Assembly (NCBI GenBank): GCA_039621445.1
Contig: CP154954.1
Span: 40,169,572 to 40,233,571 of the forward strand
Length of the DNA: 64,000 nucleotides
Direction: 5' to 3'
Origin: Euglena gracilis
Taxonomy: Eukaryota
Every line of letters starts with the position of its first letter. Position 1 is the stretch's first letter. A program made the position numbers and the translations under genes. The notes under the pieces were generated by a model. It did not search any database. It saw nothing but the letters and a program-made list of their open reading frames with translations, and was not told the origin of the DNA. Shown one piece after another: positions 50,959-63,720 of this stretch.

Positions 50959-51907
50959 CCCCAAAGGATGGCGGCAGGTGGGGGGGCATGGACGGATCGG
51001 GGGGGGGGCAAATCTGCACCCCTGGAAGGTCTACCCAAAGTGCCGATTTTTGGGACATTTTTTTGAGCCCCCCCCCAAATTTGACCGCGACAAGAGGAAC
51101 CCTTTGAGCCATTGGTGGCCACCCCCAAGGAATGGGTGGGTTGGTGCCGACCTCCCTAATCCTCGTGTTTCCCATTCTGGCCTGGCCGTGCCTCAGGCTG
51201 ACTGTGATGCAATGGCACCCCTCGCCCCGAGAGGGAGGGGTCAAGGCCCATCCCAGCAAAGGAAGCAAATCAAACCCAGATTCGAAGACTTTTCACTGCC
51301 TGGAAAAAAAGCACTGGGGACCCCCCCCTTTGTGCCAAAATTTTGGCATTTTTGGCAAAATTTCCCCCCAAGTGCCCAAAAATGACATTCTGGCCACTTT
51401 GGTGGGGGTGGGCAACGTTTTCCGTCTGGTGCTTTGCGCTGGACCAGAAATGGATCACCTGGACCCTGGCTTCTTTTCAAGTCAGCAGAAACTAGTGTAT
51501 GGGTTTCAGCGCGAAGGGAAATGGCCTCAAACAGCCCGATTTTATTGGGGGGAGGGGTCCCCCCCCTGCACCAGGCTGGGTTGGGGGACCCCCCAGGGCC
51601 TTAAAAAGAAGCCTGACCCTGGCGTTGTTTAGGGGGGGGGGGGCTGGACCGGAGGAGAGCCCAACCGATATGAGTTGGGGTGCATCGCATCACAGCCAAC
51701 CAGCCCCGCACGGGAGACCCCCATCCCTCACCCACTGACCACCCCCCCACCACCCCCACCCCCACCACCAGGGCCATGGGCACCAAGTGGTGCTGGCCCC
51801 TGGCGCACCTGCTGGCCAGCCCGGGTGATGGGAGCTGCCACGCCCTCGCCCTCCGCCCCCGCCGCTGCCACCACCGCCATCGCCACCCCGTGGCAACCAT
51901 CCGTTGG

Positions 51908-54900
51908 TCAGCGCCCCTGCTCCAACGACGCCTCCGACTGCCACCACCGACGCCCCCCGTCAGCGTCCCCGGTCCCACTGAGGCCTTTTTTTGCTCATAC
52001 AAAGGCTGTACAGTTTTGGGAGAGGGAGGTTGTTAAGGTTGGAATCTGGGGGTTTCTTTAGTCTTGGACCCCCGGGTGGGGGGGGGGGAGGGTGGGGGGT
52101 CCAGGGATGGATGGGAAGCCCTTCAGTATTGAGGTAGGTGGTGGGGGGGGTCCCTCCCTAGGGGGGTGAGGTGGTCGGGGGGGGGGGGTCCGGACCCCCC
52201 TTAGACGTTGGGAGGAGGGTTCAAAAAAATTCAAAACTGAGCATTTTTGGATCGATTTTCAAAGAAAAATCAGGGATTTTTGACCGATTTTGACCCAATT
52301 TCCAGCCCTTTGCCCGTGCATGAAATCGAAAAATCTTTGTCCCCCCTCAGTTTCGAGGTAGGGGAGGGTCCGACCCCCCCCCCCCCCCCCCGTGTCGGGA
52401 GGGGTCCGACCCCCCCTCCCCCCTCCCTCAAGGCTTCCAACATTTTTTTTGGGGGAAAACCACCAACACATCAAAAAATGGGAAATATGTCCAAAAGTCA
52501 GCAAAAGGGGTGTTATTGCTCTTTTCCGGCGCTGTGCGCCGGAAGAAAATTTTCTGCTATTTTTGGCACCTGTCGAGGAGGGGGGGTCCGGCCAAGTCCC
52601 CACCCGGGGTCCCCCCAGCGGGGAGTGGGGTATATTTTTCGGCGCCGAAGACATCAAAAATTTTGAAAAGGTGCTATTTTTAACATTTTTCGCGATTTTT
52701 TGGCCATTTTGGGGGGAAATTTAGTGGGTCACCCGGGACCTCTCCCTCCCCCAGGGGGTGGGTGGGTGAGGGGACCCCCCTGGTCTTAAAAAAAAAACCC
52801 TGGTTGGAAACCTACCAGGAGTGAAGGGACCACATGCAAAGTTTTTTTGTTTTGTCTCTGGCAAAAATGGGCAAAGGGGGCCAAAGTGTGGCCAACCGTT
52901 GCCAAAAGTGGCAAAAGCGACCAAACGTGGCAAAAAGCGGTCAAAAATGCCTAAAAATTCCGAAAAGTGTCCCAAAAATGTCCAAAAATGGCCAAAAGTT
53001 GCCAACCGTAGTCAAGAAATAGCATAAATGGCCAAAAACAGCCCAAAAATGGCCATATACCCCCATCTATGGTAAATTTTCCTCTGACTTGGGGTCCACC
53101 CCGCTTGTCTAACGACCACCATCACCCCCTGGTCGGAGATGAACATTGGCCATTTAGCGACCCCCCCCCCCCGTCAGAGACGAACATCAGTGGTCGTTGG
53201 ACAAGAGGGGGGGGAGTAGGGGGACCTTCTCCTGCCCTTGTATCCAGTGGCCCGTTTCCTCAAAAAAATTTTCATTTTATTTTCTTTTCCCTTTTGGCAA
53301 GGACTCAGCCGGCCACGGGCACCCCGGGGCTGCCCCCCCCCTCGGGGGTGTGCCCCCCCCCCGGTAAAAAAAAGCCTGCTACCTGCTGACCTGACCTCCT
53401 GTACTCGCTGATTTGTCTGGAGACAGTTTCCAGGGGGAGAGGAATTCTGTGCTTGCACTGGAAACTGGCCTGCCTGTGAGTCAGCCCACAACACCAACCC
53501 CTCAACCCCCGAAGCCCCCGGCCACCCTGGGCCCACCCCCGCACCTCCGGCTCAACCCCCGAAGCCCCCGGCCACCCTGGGCCCAACCCCGCACCTCCGG
53601 CTCAACCCCTGAAGCCCCCGGCCACCCTGCCACATCCCCTCCCCCGTGTCGGATGACCTCGCTTGGCCTCGGTTCGCCCTGGCCGAGCGAGGGTTCCCGG
53701 CGCGGAACGGGGGTGCTGTGCACAGCCACCTGAACCCCACCGCCTGAACCACCGACCCCCGCAGCATTGGGCTCACCCCCCGCAGCTCTGGCTCAACCCC
53801 CGAAGCCCCCCGCCGCCTGGGGCCCAGCCCCCCACCTCCGGCTCAACCCCCGAAGCCCCCGGCCACCCTGGGCCCACCCCCCCGCACCTCCGGCTCAACC
53901 GCCGAAGCCCCCGGCCACCCTGCCACATCCCCTCCCCCGTGTCGGATGACCTCGCTTGGCCTCGGTTCGCCCTGGCCGAGCGAGGGTTCCCGGCGCGGAA
54001 CGGGGGTGCTGTGCACAGCCACCTGAACCCCACCGCCTGAACCACCGACCCCCGCAGCATTGGGCTCACCCCCGCAGCTCTGGCTCAACCCCCGAAGCCC
54101 CCGGCCACCCTGGGCCCACCCCCGCACCTCCGGCTCAACCCCCGAAGCCCCCGGCCACCCTGGGCCCAACCCCGCATCTCCGTCTCAACCCCCGAAGCCC
54201 CCGGCCACCCTGGGCCCACCCCCGCACCTCCGCCTCAACCCCCGAAGCCCCCGGCCACCCTGGGCCCACCCCCCCGCACCTCCGGCTCAACCCCCGAAGC
54301 CCCCGGCCACCCTGCCACATCCCCTCCCCCGTGTCGGATGACCTCGCTTGGCCTCGGTTCGCCCTGGCCGAGCGAGGGTTCCCGGCGCGGAACGGGGGTG
54401 CTGTGCACAGCCACCTGAACCCCACCGCCTGAACCACCGACCTGCCTGTGAGTCAGCCCACAACACCACCACACCAACGCTGCCGCCGATCCAGCAGCGT
54501 GTGGCCCTCAGCCCCCGGCAGCCGCCTGGCAGCTTCCTGGCAACGTTGTGACATTGTGATGCCGGGAGAATTGTCCTCTGTCTGCCCTCTGTACCTGCCC
54601 ATTAATCTGTCTTCATGGGGACCTGTCTCCCACCCTTGTTCATGCTGACCTGTCTGTTTGTTTTTTTTTGTTCAAAAAGCCGGTTAAAAAATTCTGAACA
54701 TTTTCTCCAGGCTTCCAGCCACAAATTTGTGGAAAAATGCTTTTCGGTTTTTTTTGTCCCCGGTGGCCGATAATGTCAACTTTTCCCCCTCCGACCCTGA
54801 CCCGCCCGGGAAATTGTCCCAGCTGTTTATGTGCCAGAGCAGGGGGTTGGTTATTGGGATTTTGTCCCCACCCCTCCCCCCTGAAATGGTCTCCCGGGAA

Positions 54901-57440
54901 ACTGTCTTTGACCCTCTGCACCACACCATTGCTTGCCATAGAGTGTGCCACCCCCCCCCGGGTGATTGACCAATTTTTTCCGGAGTGAGTGATTGGTTTT
55001 TAGCTCCCCCCCCCTGGAGGGCAGTGGGGTCGGCCACCTATCACCAAAGGCGCCGGAAAATTTTGGGGTTTTTTTTAACCAAAGTGCATTGATTTTCGGC
55101 AATTTTTTTTGCCATTTTGTCATTTTGGCCCAGTGGTCAGTGTAACTGACCATCCCCCCCTGGGGTGGGGGGCAGGGGGTAGGGTGTGGGTGATTGGTTT
55201 TTGGAAGTGGGTGACCGGTTTTTGAAAAGTCAGTTTGTGTTGGACAGACCATCAGCTCTACCCTGACCACACTGCTCCTGGCAATCCTGGTTTTTGGTGG
55301 TGGCAAAGGAGGCTGCCTGCAATGACAGCACATCCCCTGCACCCCCCCCCGGCCGTGTCGGATGACCTCGCTTGGCCTCGGTTCGCCCTGGCCGAGCGAG
55401 GGTTCCCGGCGCGGAACGGGGGCCCCAGTCCGTATGGCCCCTGGCTTCCGCCACGTGGGACATAACAACGTGGTGTGCCTCTATTTGAGCCTGCTGTGTG
55501 TTGACACCACGGTTGGATGGGAAGCCTTGAGGGGGGGGTCGGACCCATACATCTCTCTAAGGTTTTGCGAACCCCTCCGGGGGGGCGGCTGCAGCCAGCC
55601 CCGATTTGGGCCCAGCCCAGCCGCAGGAGCACCCCCACCGGGGGGGGGGGGGGTGCTGCTAGCCCAGCTAGCCAGCCCGTTTTTTGGGGGTCCAGCCCAA
55701 AATTTTTCGGCGCGAAGCGCCGAAATTTTTTGAAAAATTGTGTTCAAAAGTGGCCAAAAATGGGGTTTGGGGGGCGTTTGGGGCATTTTTGGGGGGTTTC
55801 AGATGCATCATTTTTTCAAAACTGTGTTTTGCAGGTCATTTTGGGGCATTTTTCCGATTTCAGTCCAGCTCGCCCCGGTTCGGGTCCAGCCGGGGTCCAC
55901 CCCCCCACCCCCCCCCCCCCCGGGGGGGGGGGGGGCGGGCTAGCTAGCCCAAATTTCTAGCTAGCCCAAATTTCTAGCCCTAGCCCAGCACCCCCCCCCC
56001 CCGGGGTCCTTAAAGAGATGTATGGTCGGACCCCCCCTCCCGACACAGAGGGGGGGGGGTGGGCAAAAAATGGGCAATATGTCCAAAAGTCAGCAAAAGG
56101 GGGTGTTTTTGCTCATTTCCGCAGCGGAAGAAAATCTTCTGCTTTTTTTGGCACCTGTCAAGGAGGGGGGGGGTGGGAGGGTCCGGACCCCCTCCCAACA
56201 TCTGGGGGGGGGCGGTCCGGACCCCCTCTACCACCTACCTCAATACCGAAGGGCTTCCCATCCAACCCTGGTTGACACCCTCTCCATTGGTTGTGTCTCC
56301 CCACCCTCTCCATTGGTTGTGTCTCCCCATTGGAATGTCTCTGTGTGTTTGAGAAGGGAACACGTGTGGGGGTGGGTCCACCCTGGGGTGCCTCAAAAAT
56401 CTGAATCGTGCCTGATCATCTGAAGCCCTGGGCAAATGACGGATTTTGGGATGCATGGGATCCGTGGTGGTTTCTCTTGTGGAACGGTTGGGAATATCGA
56501 AACTGACAATAGCCTGTTCCTGTAACCACTCCGTTTCTTTGATGTAAGAGGGGGGGGGGACTCGAGGAAGCCTCTCCTCAATATTTCCCCCGCACAGGCT
56601 CCCCGTGGTTTTATCAGCAGCCCCGTTATGTGCGCTCCATCCGCAGCTTGGCAAACAGCCCCCTGGGCTTTATGTGGTATGTGTGTGTTTGTGTGTGGGG
56701 GCGTTGTTTTAGGGGCCAGATTGCCTCAATCAATGCCAGGAAAGCGGGGGGTGCCAAACAGGGGTTTTTTTGTCATGGACCCGGGAGGGGGGGGGAGTAG
56801 GGTGGGTCGTCCGGCCAAGCCCCCCACCCGGGGGGGTCCCCCCGTAGGGGGGTGGGATATACTTTTCAGCGCCTTTGGCACCGAAAATTTTTGAAATTGT
56901 GCATTTTTTAACACTTTTCGCGCTTTTTCGGTCATTTTTTTGTGAGCCCCCCGGGACCCCCTCCCAGGGAGGGTCCCCCCCAGGGGGTGGGTGGGGGCCC
57001 TCCCCCCTGGTCTTAAAAACACCCCTGGTGCCAAAATGCGCAACCAGCCCCCGGGACCAGGTCAGCTGGGTTCCCCACCGCCAAAAACCCCATCAATGCC
57101 AGAACCACTGCCCCCCCCCCCCCCCCCCGAACAGCAAAATTTTGGCAATTTTTAGGCATAAATCAGGGCATGGGGGGTGGTTTTGGAAGCAGACCTTAGA
57201 AGGTCGCATGATACCCAAAAGGATGGGTTCTGTTGCAGGGTGACAGACAAGGTTTTCTTTCTGTGACGAGATCCTATTTTGGGGGAATTCCACATCCCCC
57301 CCCCAATACCAGCCTTAAAAATGCCAAACGAAGCCCAGCAAACTGGGGGTTCAGCCCAACAGCGCAGTTCCCACCTTGCAGGCCGCGGTGGGCAGCCCCT
57401 CAGCCCCGGCCCCTCAGCCCCACCCAGCGCATCTGCCAGG
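51908..57440 (-). CDS. Multi-exon gene for an unknown hydrophilic protein; 5' end unresolved
   Basis: Exons (?-57310), 56662-56274, 55502-55250, 54649-54475, 53473-53383, 53258-53196, 51970-51908 join in one stop-free frame (345 codons including the stop from 57310): ...NIEERLPRV...NGEGV|NTQQAQ...GRADG|QHEQGW...RRQRW|QASFQC...SGQQ|ETGHW...LLSN|GDADGGRRWWQSEASLEQGR*. No recognisable domain. Confidence 0.65.
53497..54440. repeat. Compound tandem insertion (~50-bp units plus three ~130-bp blocks) between 28-bp direct repeats
   Basis: cctgcctgtgagtcagcccacaacacca at 53469-53496 and 54441-54468. Confidence 0.9.
55508..56270 (-). mobile_element. hAT-type MITE with perfect TSD gttgacac; predicted nonconventional intron 55503-56273
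   Basis: TIR ca(c/g)ggttggatgggaagcc. TSD at 55500-55507 and 56271-56278. Contains nested MITE 55546-56024 (CATACATCTC TIR, TSD gtcggacc). Confidence 0.9.
56759..57027. mobile_element. hAT-type MITE (intronic)
   Basis: Perfect TSD gtgccaaa. Confidence 0.9.
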
Positions 57441-59359
57441 CCTCTTTTTCTCCCCATCCCCTTGCTTTTGGGATGTACGCCCCCTCCCTCCCGGCACAGT
57501 CTCCCCTCCCTCCCAGGGGGAGGCTGGTGGGTGGCCCACAGGGATGCCGGGCCCCCCATCAGTCCCCCCTGCTTTGCGCCCTCTCCCCCCCTCCGGTTTG
57601 AAAGGGGACGGTGGCCACGACCCGCGGCGGTTGGCACGCACGCCGGGGGCAGGGTTGGCGGGCGGCCCACAGCGATGTGGGCGGCCCACCAGCCCTCCCC
57701 CAACCCCCCATCCCCTCCCTCCCATGCCCCATCCCCCTCCCGCCTGGAAAGGAGGCCGCCCCCGAGGCTGCCCCCCCACCACCGCCCCCGGGCGCCCCGG
57801 CGCCACTAAGCGCGGCTGGGCCAGGGCCCTGGCCTGGCGTACCGGGCAGACCGCGGCCAAGGGGAAGGGGGACCCCCTTGGCCTTCCGCTGCGAGAAGGG
57901 CCGGTTGGGAGCGGGGGCCGTAGGGGAGGGTGAGGGGGGACACCGTAGCCGGGATTCCCAACCGGCCCTTCATTTGTCGCCTGACTGCCCCGCCTGGCGG
58001 GGGCTGTCACATAGCGTAGGGCCCCGGGGGGGGTGGGGTGGGGGGGCTGGGCACACGGGGGTGAAATGACAGCTCCCAGGATCGCCTCAGCCGCCGCCCA
58101 ATCCTCCCTCTCCTCTCATTCATTACAACAACGTCGCCGCCTTCTCCGCCGACTTTTTTTTTCCTTTTTGCCGTGCCTGGGGGCTACTTTTGGGTTGGTT
58201 CTTTTGTTGGTGTGGGTGGAGCCTGAGGAGCCGTGTTTTCAATGATGGCTGGAGGCTTTTGGGTTGGTTCTTTTGTTGGTGTGGGTGGAGCCTGAGGAGC
58301 CGTGTTTTCAATGATGGCTGGAGGAGTTTTGAAGGGTTTTTGCAACGAATGGTGTCCAGAGGTGTTGCTGTTGTGAAAAAAAAATGGAGTGTGAAAGTTG
58401 TAAGCTGGTGGGAAGACATCAAAAGTGTTTTTTGGGGGGGTTTGAATTGCACCTTGGCATTTGTTTAAAGGTGTTACCCAAAACATTGCCCTTGGCACCT
58501 CCCGTCAACTGCCAACCACATGGTGGCAATGGTGGAACAAAAGGGCTATGGTGATGGGCCAATGGCAACCACATCATCATTTCTTTTTTTTGCTATTTGT
58601 CCTGATTCTGGCATCAAACGACATCTGCTGCTGTGCTCTATGAAAAGGGGGGGGGGGCATGGGTTTGGGAAACAGAATGTGATGGTGGTCATCACCATGA
58701 AACTTGCATTCGTCCAAGGTCTTTTTTGCGACTCATTTTTGGGAAAAAGTCTGTGCACAACCAACTTTTTTTGTTGCTGTGGGCACCAACAGTGTTGTGG
58801 GCTTCAAAGTTTTTGTGAGGCATCATTGAAACTTGCAATTTTTTATTCAGCAGCAGTGGGAGTCGTTTGTGCCTGATTCAAATTTTGTTGTTTCTGCCCA
58901 ACCATCAAAACTCAGTTGTTGATTTTCTGTATTTTATTAACGTTATAGCTATTTAGCATTGTTTTCTGTTTCCTTGTTTGATCAAGAAATGATATTCTGT
59001 GTTTCAATTGTTTTTTGTTGAATATGCATTTTGTAGAAAGGTTGGTTTATCTGTGTATTCTGGAAGCAATTTGGTTTGGACTCTCTTATCCTCTCTCTTT
59101 TGTTAAAAAAATATTGGCACGTTGCATGTTGTATTCCATTCCATCAGTATTTATTTTTATTTTGAATTCGGCCTCTCACAACGTGGCCCTACCACAACCC
59201 CCCTTCCAATCCAGTGCCCCGTGGCACCGCCCACCAGGCTTTGGTGGTTTGCGACTCTGGTTTTTTCATATTAGTTTGCTTCCCAGTGTGTCAAAAACTT
59301 TTCTGGGTGACTCGCACGCTTCTGCGCATGCACGCACACCAAAACACGTTTCTGGTATG

Positions 59360-62120
59360 GGTTAGTGGAGTTGGTGGAGTCCGTCCCCTGCTGTCTCTCC
59401 CGCGCCTCGCCCCCACCTCACGCAGCCTGCGCCGCACCCCCACCCCCCGTATGTCTTTGGCTTGCGGCGCGACCAGGGGGCACTGAAGACGCGGCAGCCG
59501 GGGCCGGCGGCGGCGGCGGAGGCGGAGGCGGCCGCAGCCGGAACGGCGGGTGCGGGTGCGGGTGCGGGTGCGGGCAGCCCCCAGTCCCCCAGCCCCTCCC
59601 CAGCGCCCTCCGAAGCATTGGCCGGCCTGCCCGCCAGGTGTTCCGCTGCTCGCCCCTCTCATTGCCCCACCCACAGAGTTGGATGCAAGGATTTTTTTTC
59701 AAAAAAATAGAACAAAACTCCGCCTCTGGTGGGGTACCCCCCCCCCCCCCCCCCCCCCCCGGGTCAGCCACCCACCCTCCTCCCCCCCCCCGGGCACAAC
59801 TTTTGGATTGTCTATTTTTTTTGGACCCAGAATTGACCCCCCAAAAGTGGGTCCCCCCGAGGCCCCCAGGGGTTGGGTGGGTGGGTCCAGACCCCCTCCC
59901 TGTGGTGGGTCGGTCCGCCAGACCCCCCCCCCCCAGGGTACCCGCGACGCCTTTGTTCACGTTAGTGATATATAATAATCATGATCATGGTCGTTCTCGT
60001 CGCACATCGTCATCATCATCATCATCATCATTATCATCATCACACTCACAATGGTTTTATAAAAATAAATTTGCAATAATGTATGTTGGGCCAGTTTTCA
60101 TTTGGCGAGGGCTGCAATCCCCACGACACCCACAAGTCGCCTAGCGGTTTGTTAGTTGTTTTATTTTCTTTGCTTTTTCCCCCCCCAAATGCAACCCCCC
60201 CAAACTTCACCCCCCCCGCCCCGAAGGCTTTTTTGTTGAACCCCGGTGCAAACAATTGATTGAGTGAATCCACATGAAATGAGGACAATTGTCCCTTTTT
60301 ATCACTTTTTTTTATTGCACCAAAAGCTGCCCCCAGACCAGCACACAGCAAAGCAAAACCTGCAGGGTTTGAATGGAACACCACTCCCTGAATTTTATGG
60401 ATTTCTTTTAAGACCGGGGGGGGGGTCGACCCCCCCCACCACAGCACCATGCAAAGAAAAAATGCTTTGGTGCCACCAGTGCAGAAGGAAATTTTTGACC
60501 AAAAAAATCGGTGCCCTTGAGAAGAATGCTCGACAGGGTTGTGTCCAGTACAACAGCACACCCCCAAAACAACGACTGGGGGGGGGGGGTCTGGACCCTT
60601 GCTTTTGGGGGGGGGGGGGTTTGGGCTGCTGAGCATCATAATTGAGGGGTGGGTGATTGCCCACCCCTGGGTGATTGCATTTTCAGGTCGACCTCTCACC
60701 ACGCGGGCGGCCACTGCACCCTGCTCCCCCGGCAATATGGTCCGGGACAATGCGCGCACACATATGCAAACATTCTGGGTTATGAGAACATGTGATCACC
60801 AGAAGATCAGAAATTCAGGTGAACTGAGTTTTTTTTTTGAATGGTCGTGATTTTCAGGGAAAATTCTGGAAAAAATGGAATATATACATATGCATGCAAG
60901 TCTGACAGGAAATCTTTTCAATGCATTCTCCTCTGGCTGGGGACAATTTTGGTCGGTGTTTTGGTCAGGCATCTGCCAGTTTTTTTTTCCCTTGGTTGCG
61001 GGGGTGAGCAGGGGGTTGGCACTCAGCCCCATCTCCAGTCCACCTCGGAGCCATGGCGCTGCTGCTGCTGCCATCGCCAACCGAGCACCTCCCCACCCGC
61101 CAACTCAGGGCCCCCTGCTCCCACCCGGCAGCTCACTGGTGTTGGGTTTCCCTCTTCCAACCCGTGGACGCTTGTACCACACCCCCAGGAGTGTGCACCG
61201 AATGCGTGCGATGGACACGTGTGGGGGCATATGATGGTGGAGTGGAATGGAGCATGCTTTTCCCCCACCTCAACCCGGCGAACCCGGCGTGGTATGAGCA
61301 GGGGTCACTGAAGGGATCCGGCAGGCGGCAGCGAAGGCACGGGTGGTAGGCGCAGGGGCGTGCGAGGCAGCACCTCTGCACACCTCTCGCCGCAAACCGC
61401 TCAGGTGTGCCCTGCTGGATTGGCGGGAACACACACGAAGAGAGGTGTCGCGCTTGACTTCAGTCAAAAATGGCAGGATGGAAACAAGGAAGGCGGTGGA
61501 GCGCATGGATTCGAAGTTTCCAAAGGCATTATACTTTGCTTTTCATCCTCACCATGCAATTGTTCGATGTAGGTTCTTTTTTCATTCGTGGGGCAAGGGG
61601 TGACTGGTTTTTCTGAAACTGGATTGCAGTATGGTGTGCAGGCTTCTTTTTAAGTCAGCAGACCCCCCCCCCCCCCCGGGGGGGGAGGGGGGTGGGTGGG
61701 TGGGTCCGGGCCGGACCCCCCCCCCTGGGGGGGTCCTGCGCCGGAGGCGCTGGGTATACCTTTTCGGCGCGAAGTGCCGAAAATTTTTGAAAATTGCCTT
61801 TAACGGGCCCGATTTTGGGGGGGTCCCCCCCCCCCCCCCCCCTGGGGGTCCCGCGCCACCCTGGGTGGGTGGGGGGGACCCCCCCCCTCCCCCCCCGGGG
61901 GTCTTAAAAAGAAGCCTGATGGTGTGTTTTCCCTCATTATTTTGCATCTTTGCCCACCGGTACATTCAGGTTCTCTCCACCATGAAGTTCGACTTCGACG
62001 TGTCTGCTGCCCATGCCAGCCCAGCACCCACCCCCACCTGCCTGCCCAGTGCCCGATGCTACCTCAACAGTTGTGCATGTTGTTCGCAGATCGCAGATGT
62101 GCATGTTTTTGGCAAACGCT

Positions 62121-62162
<42 letters not shown>

Positions 62163-63720
62163 GAAGGTTCAGCGTCCAACGCACGGCACATGCAGTCCAC
62201 CAGGGTTCGCATTTTTTCCCCAGTTGGGTATGTTGCCAAGGAGCACTGAAGGCAGCGGCAACCACAGGAGCGCAGAAGCAGCAGCAACAGGAGCGCAGGA
62301 GCAGCAGCGCCTCCGGCCTGGCGTCCCCATCATTTTGGGGTTGGTTTGATTTAGCAGAGGTGTGGTGAAGGCTACAACGGGTTGGGCCAGCGGTTAATTT
62401 AAAGAAATTTATCACCAAGATGCAGGGGGGGGGCACTTTTTTTTGTCTTTTGAAAACGCCACCGATCCCTCAGTTTGTACCATCCCACCGATGCCCTCGG
62501 GGCAGGTGAATTTGGTGTGTTCATAGAGAAGCCATGTGGCTTGTTCCTGTTGCCAATTTCCTGTGAAATTTCCTGTGAAATTTGTTCTCAGTTTTGTGAT
62601 ATTTGATTTTCATTTTTAAGATTTGTGAAAATTTTTTGATTTTTTCCCATGTGGGCGGGGTTGCAGCCTGCCCATATGCCTCCCCACCACCAGACACATG
62701 ATGTCCCGAGGCATTTATGATCCCCAGCCAGACAATGGGTGAAAGGTGGTTAGTGGTGGCCAATGGTCAACTGCTTCTGGCCGTGTTCTTGGCCTGCTTT
62801 CCTGCTCTTTCTGCCCTTCTTCCTTCGTTCACCCTGGCCACCTCCTTTTGACGCGGTCTTGCGTCGTTCTGCAGCGCTTCAGCAGCTTTGAAGCAGTTTT
62901 GCCACCTTGGACCTGTCTTGAGGGCTTTGGTCTTGCACTTGCTGTGGTTCAGCTTTGGCTGCTTTGGACCTCTTTCCGCTTCGCAGTGGCCATCTTGGCC
63001 ACATTGGGCCCTGCTCACCGTGCTTTGGCTGCAAAGGCAGCCAAAAGGTTTGCTTTGGCCAGCTTGAGTTTCTACCAGTGCTCTATCTGCTCCTCACATC
63101 TTGTGCCTGTTTTCTTTGGCCACCCTGTTTGTTTCTTGGGTCGTGCCAGAAACAAGGCCATTGTATGAGGTTTAGGTTCAGGCATTGGATGATAAGTGCC
63201 TCGCCATGCCATGCATTTGATTTGATCCACTGACCAATGTTGATGTTGTCTCCTGATGTTTGGTGGTGGGTGGCATTGGGCCTGGGCAGACAATGCCGGC
63301 TGTGTTGACACACCACATGTGTTTTGTGTTTTTTTTTGCAGCAACACACTTCCAGAACAGAGCAGTTGGTTCCACCAGAACCCAACCCCCAGTGGGAAAG
63401 AACCTCTAAGTGGTGGCTGTGTGCTTAGTCTGGGCGCGCTTTTTTTTCAGTCTAATTAGTTCAAGTGCCCCCCCCCCCCTCCCCGTGCGATGAAATGGAC
63501 CCCTCCTCTGTGGGGACTGAACCAAAGGGTTGGCCGTCCGTTTTGGTGGGGCAGCATGGGTTGAAGCCGTACACAGAGAAACAGGCACCAATGCTTTGCA
63601 CTCTGGGATGGGCAACACCGGGGTCGCCAGAAGGCAGCCCCGCCGCAGCCGCTGGCAGAGTGGCGGAGGCGGGCGGGCCGGAGCAGCATGCGCCCAGCCG
63701 CGACGGCGAAGATGAGGCGT
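59360..63720 (+). CDS. Partial multi-exon gene for a low-complexity protein, probably continuing beyond the window
   Basis: GC-rich exon-like blocks with AG/GT borders: ~59360-59637, 60687-, ~61000-61138, ~61313-61404, 61970-62048, 62241-~62330, 63585-~63717. The joins SPQTAQ|VLSTMKFDFDV...TCLPR|ALKAAA are in frame. Other joins are unresolved. Confidence 0.45.
61639..61918. mobile_element. hAT-type MITE (intronic)
   Basis: Perfect TSD atggtgtg. Confidence 0.9.
62750..63101 (-). pseudogene. Decayed basic/charged coding fragment antisense within an intron
   Basis: One frame reads RCEEQIEHW*KLKLAKANLLAAFAAKAR*AGPNVAKMATAKRKEVQ... with one TAG and three TGA. Confidence 0.45.

Noticed and set aside
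56759-57027. Another exonic MITE-intron
   Set aside because: After removing element plus TSD, no frame is both open and in phase with the exon starting at 56662.
59799-59824. Spliced-leader-like 26-mer (acttttggattgtctattttttttgg; 22/26 to the Euglena SL as I recall it)
   Set aside because: It lies inside a MITE whose homologue near 47782 already supplies ttttgg...ttttttttggac. No adjacent retro-copied gene or SL intron is present, so chance is likely.
62750-63101. Stop-codon reassignment (in-frame TGA/TAG)
   Set aside because: Both intact gene models end in TGA and have no internal stops, so mutational decay is the simpler explanation.
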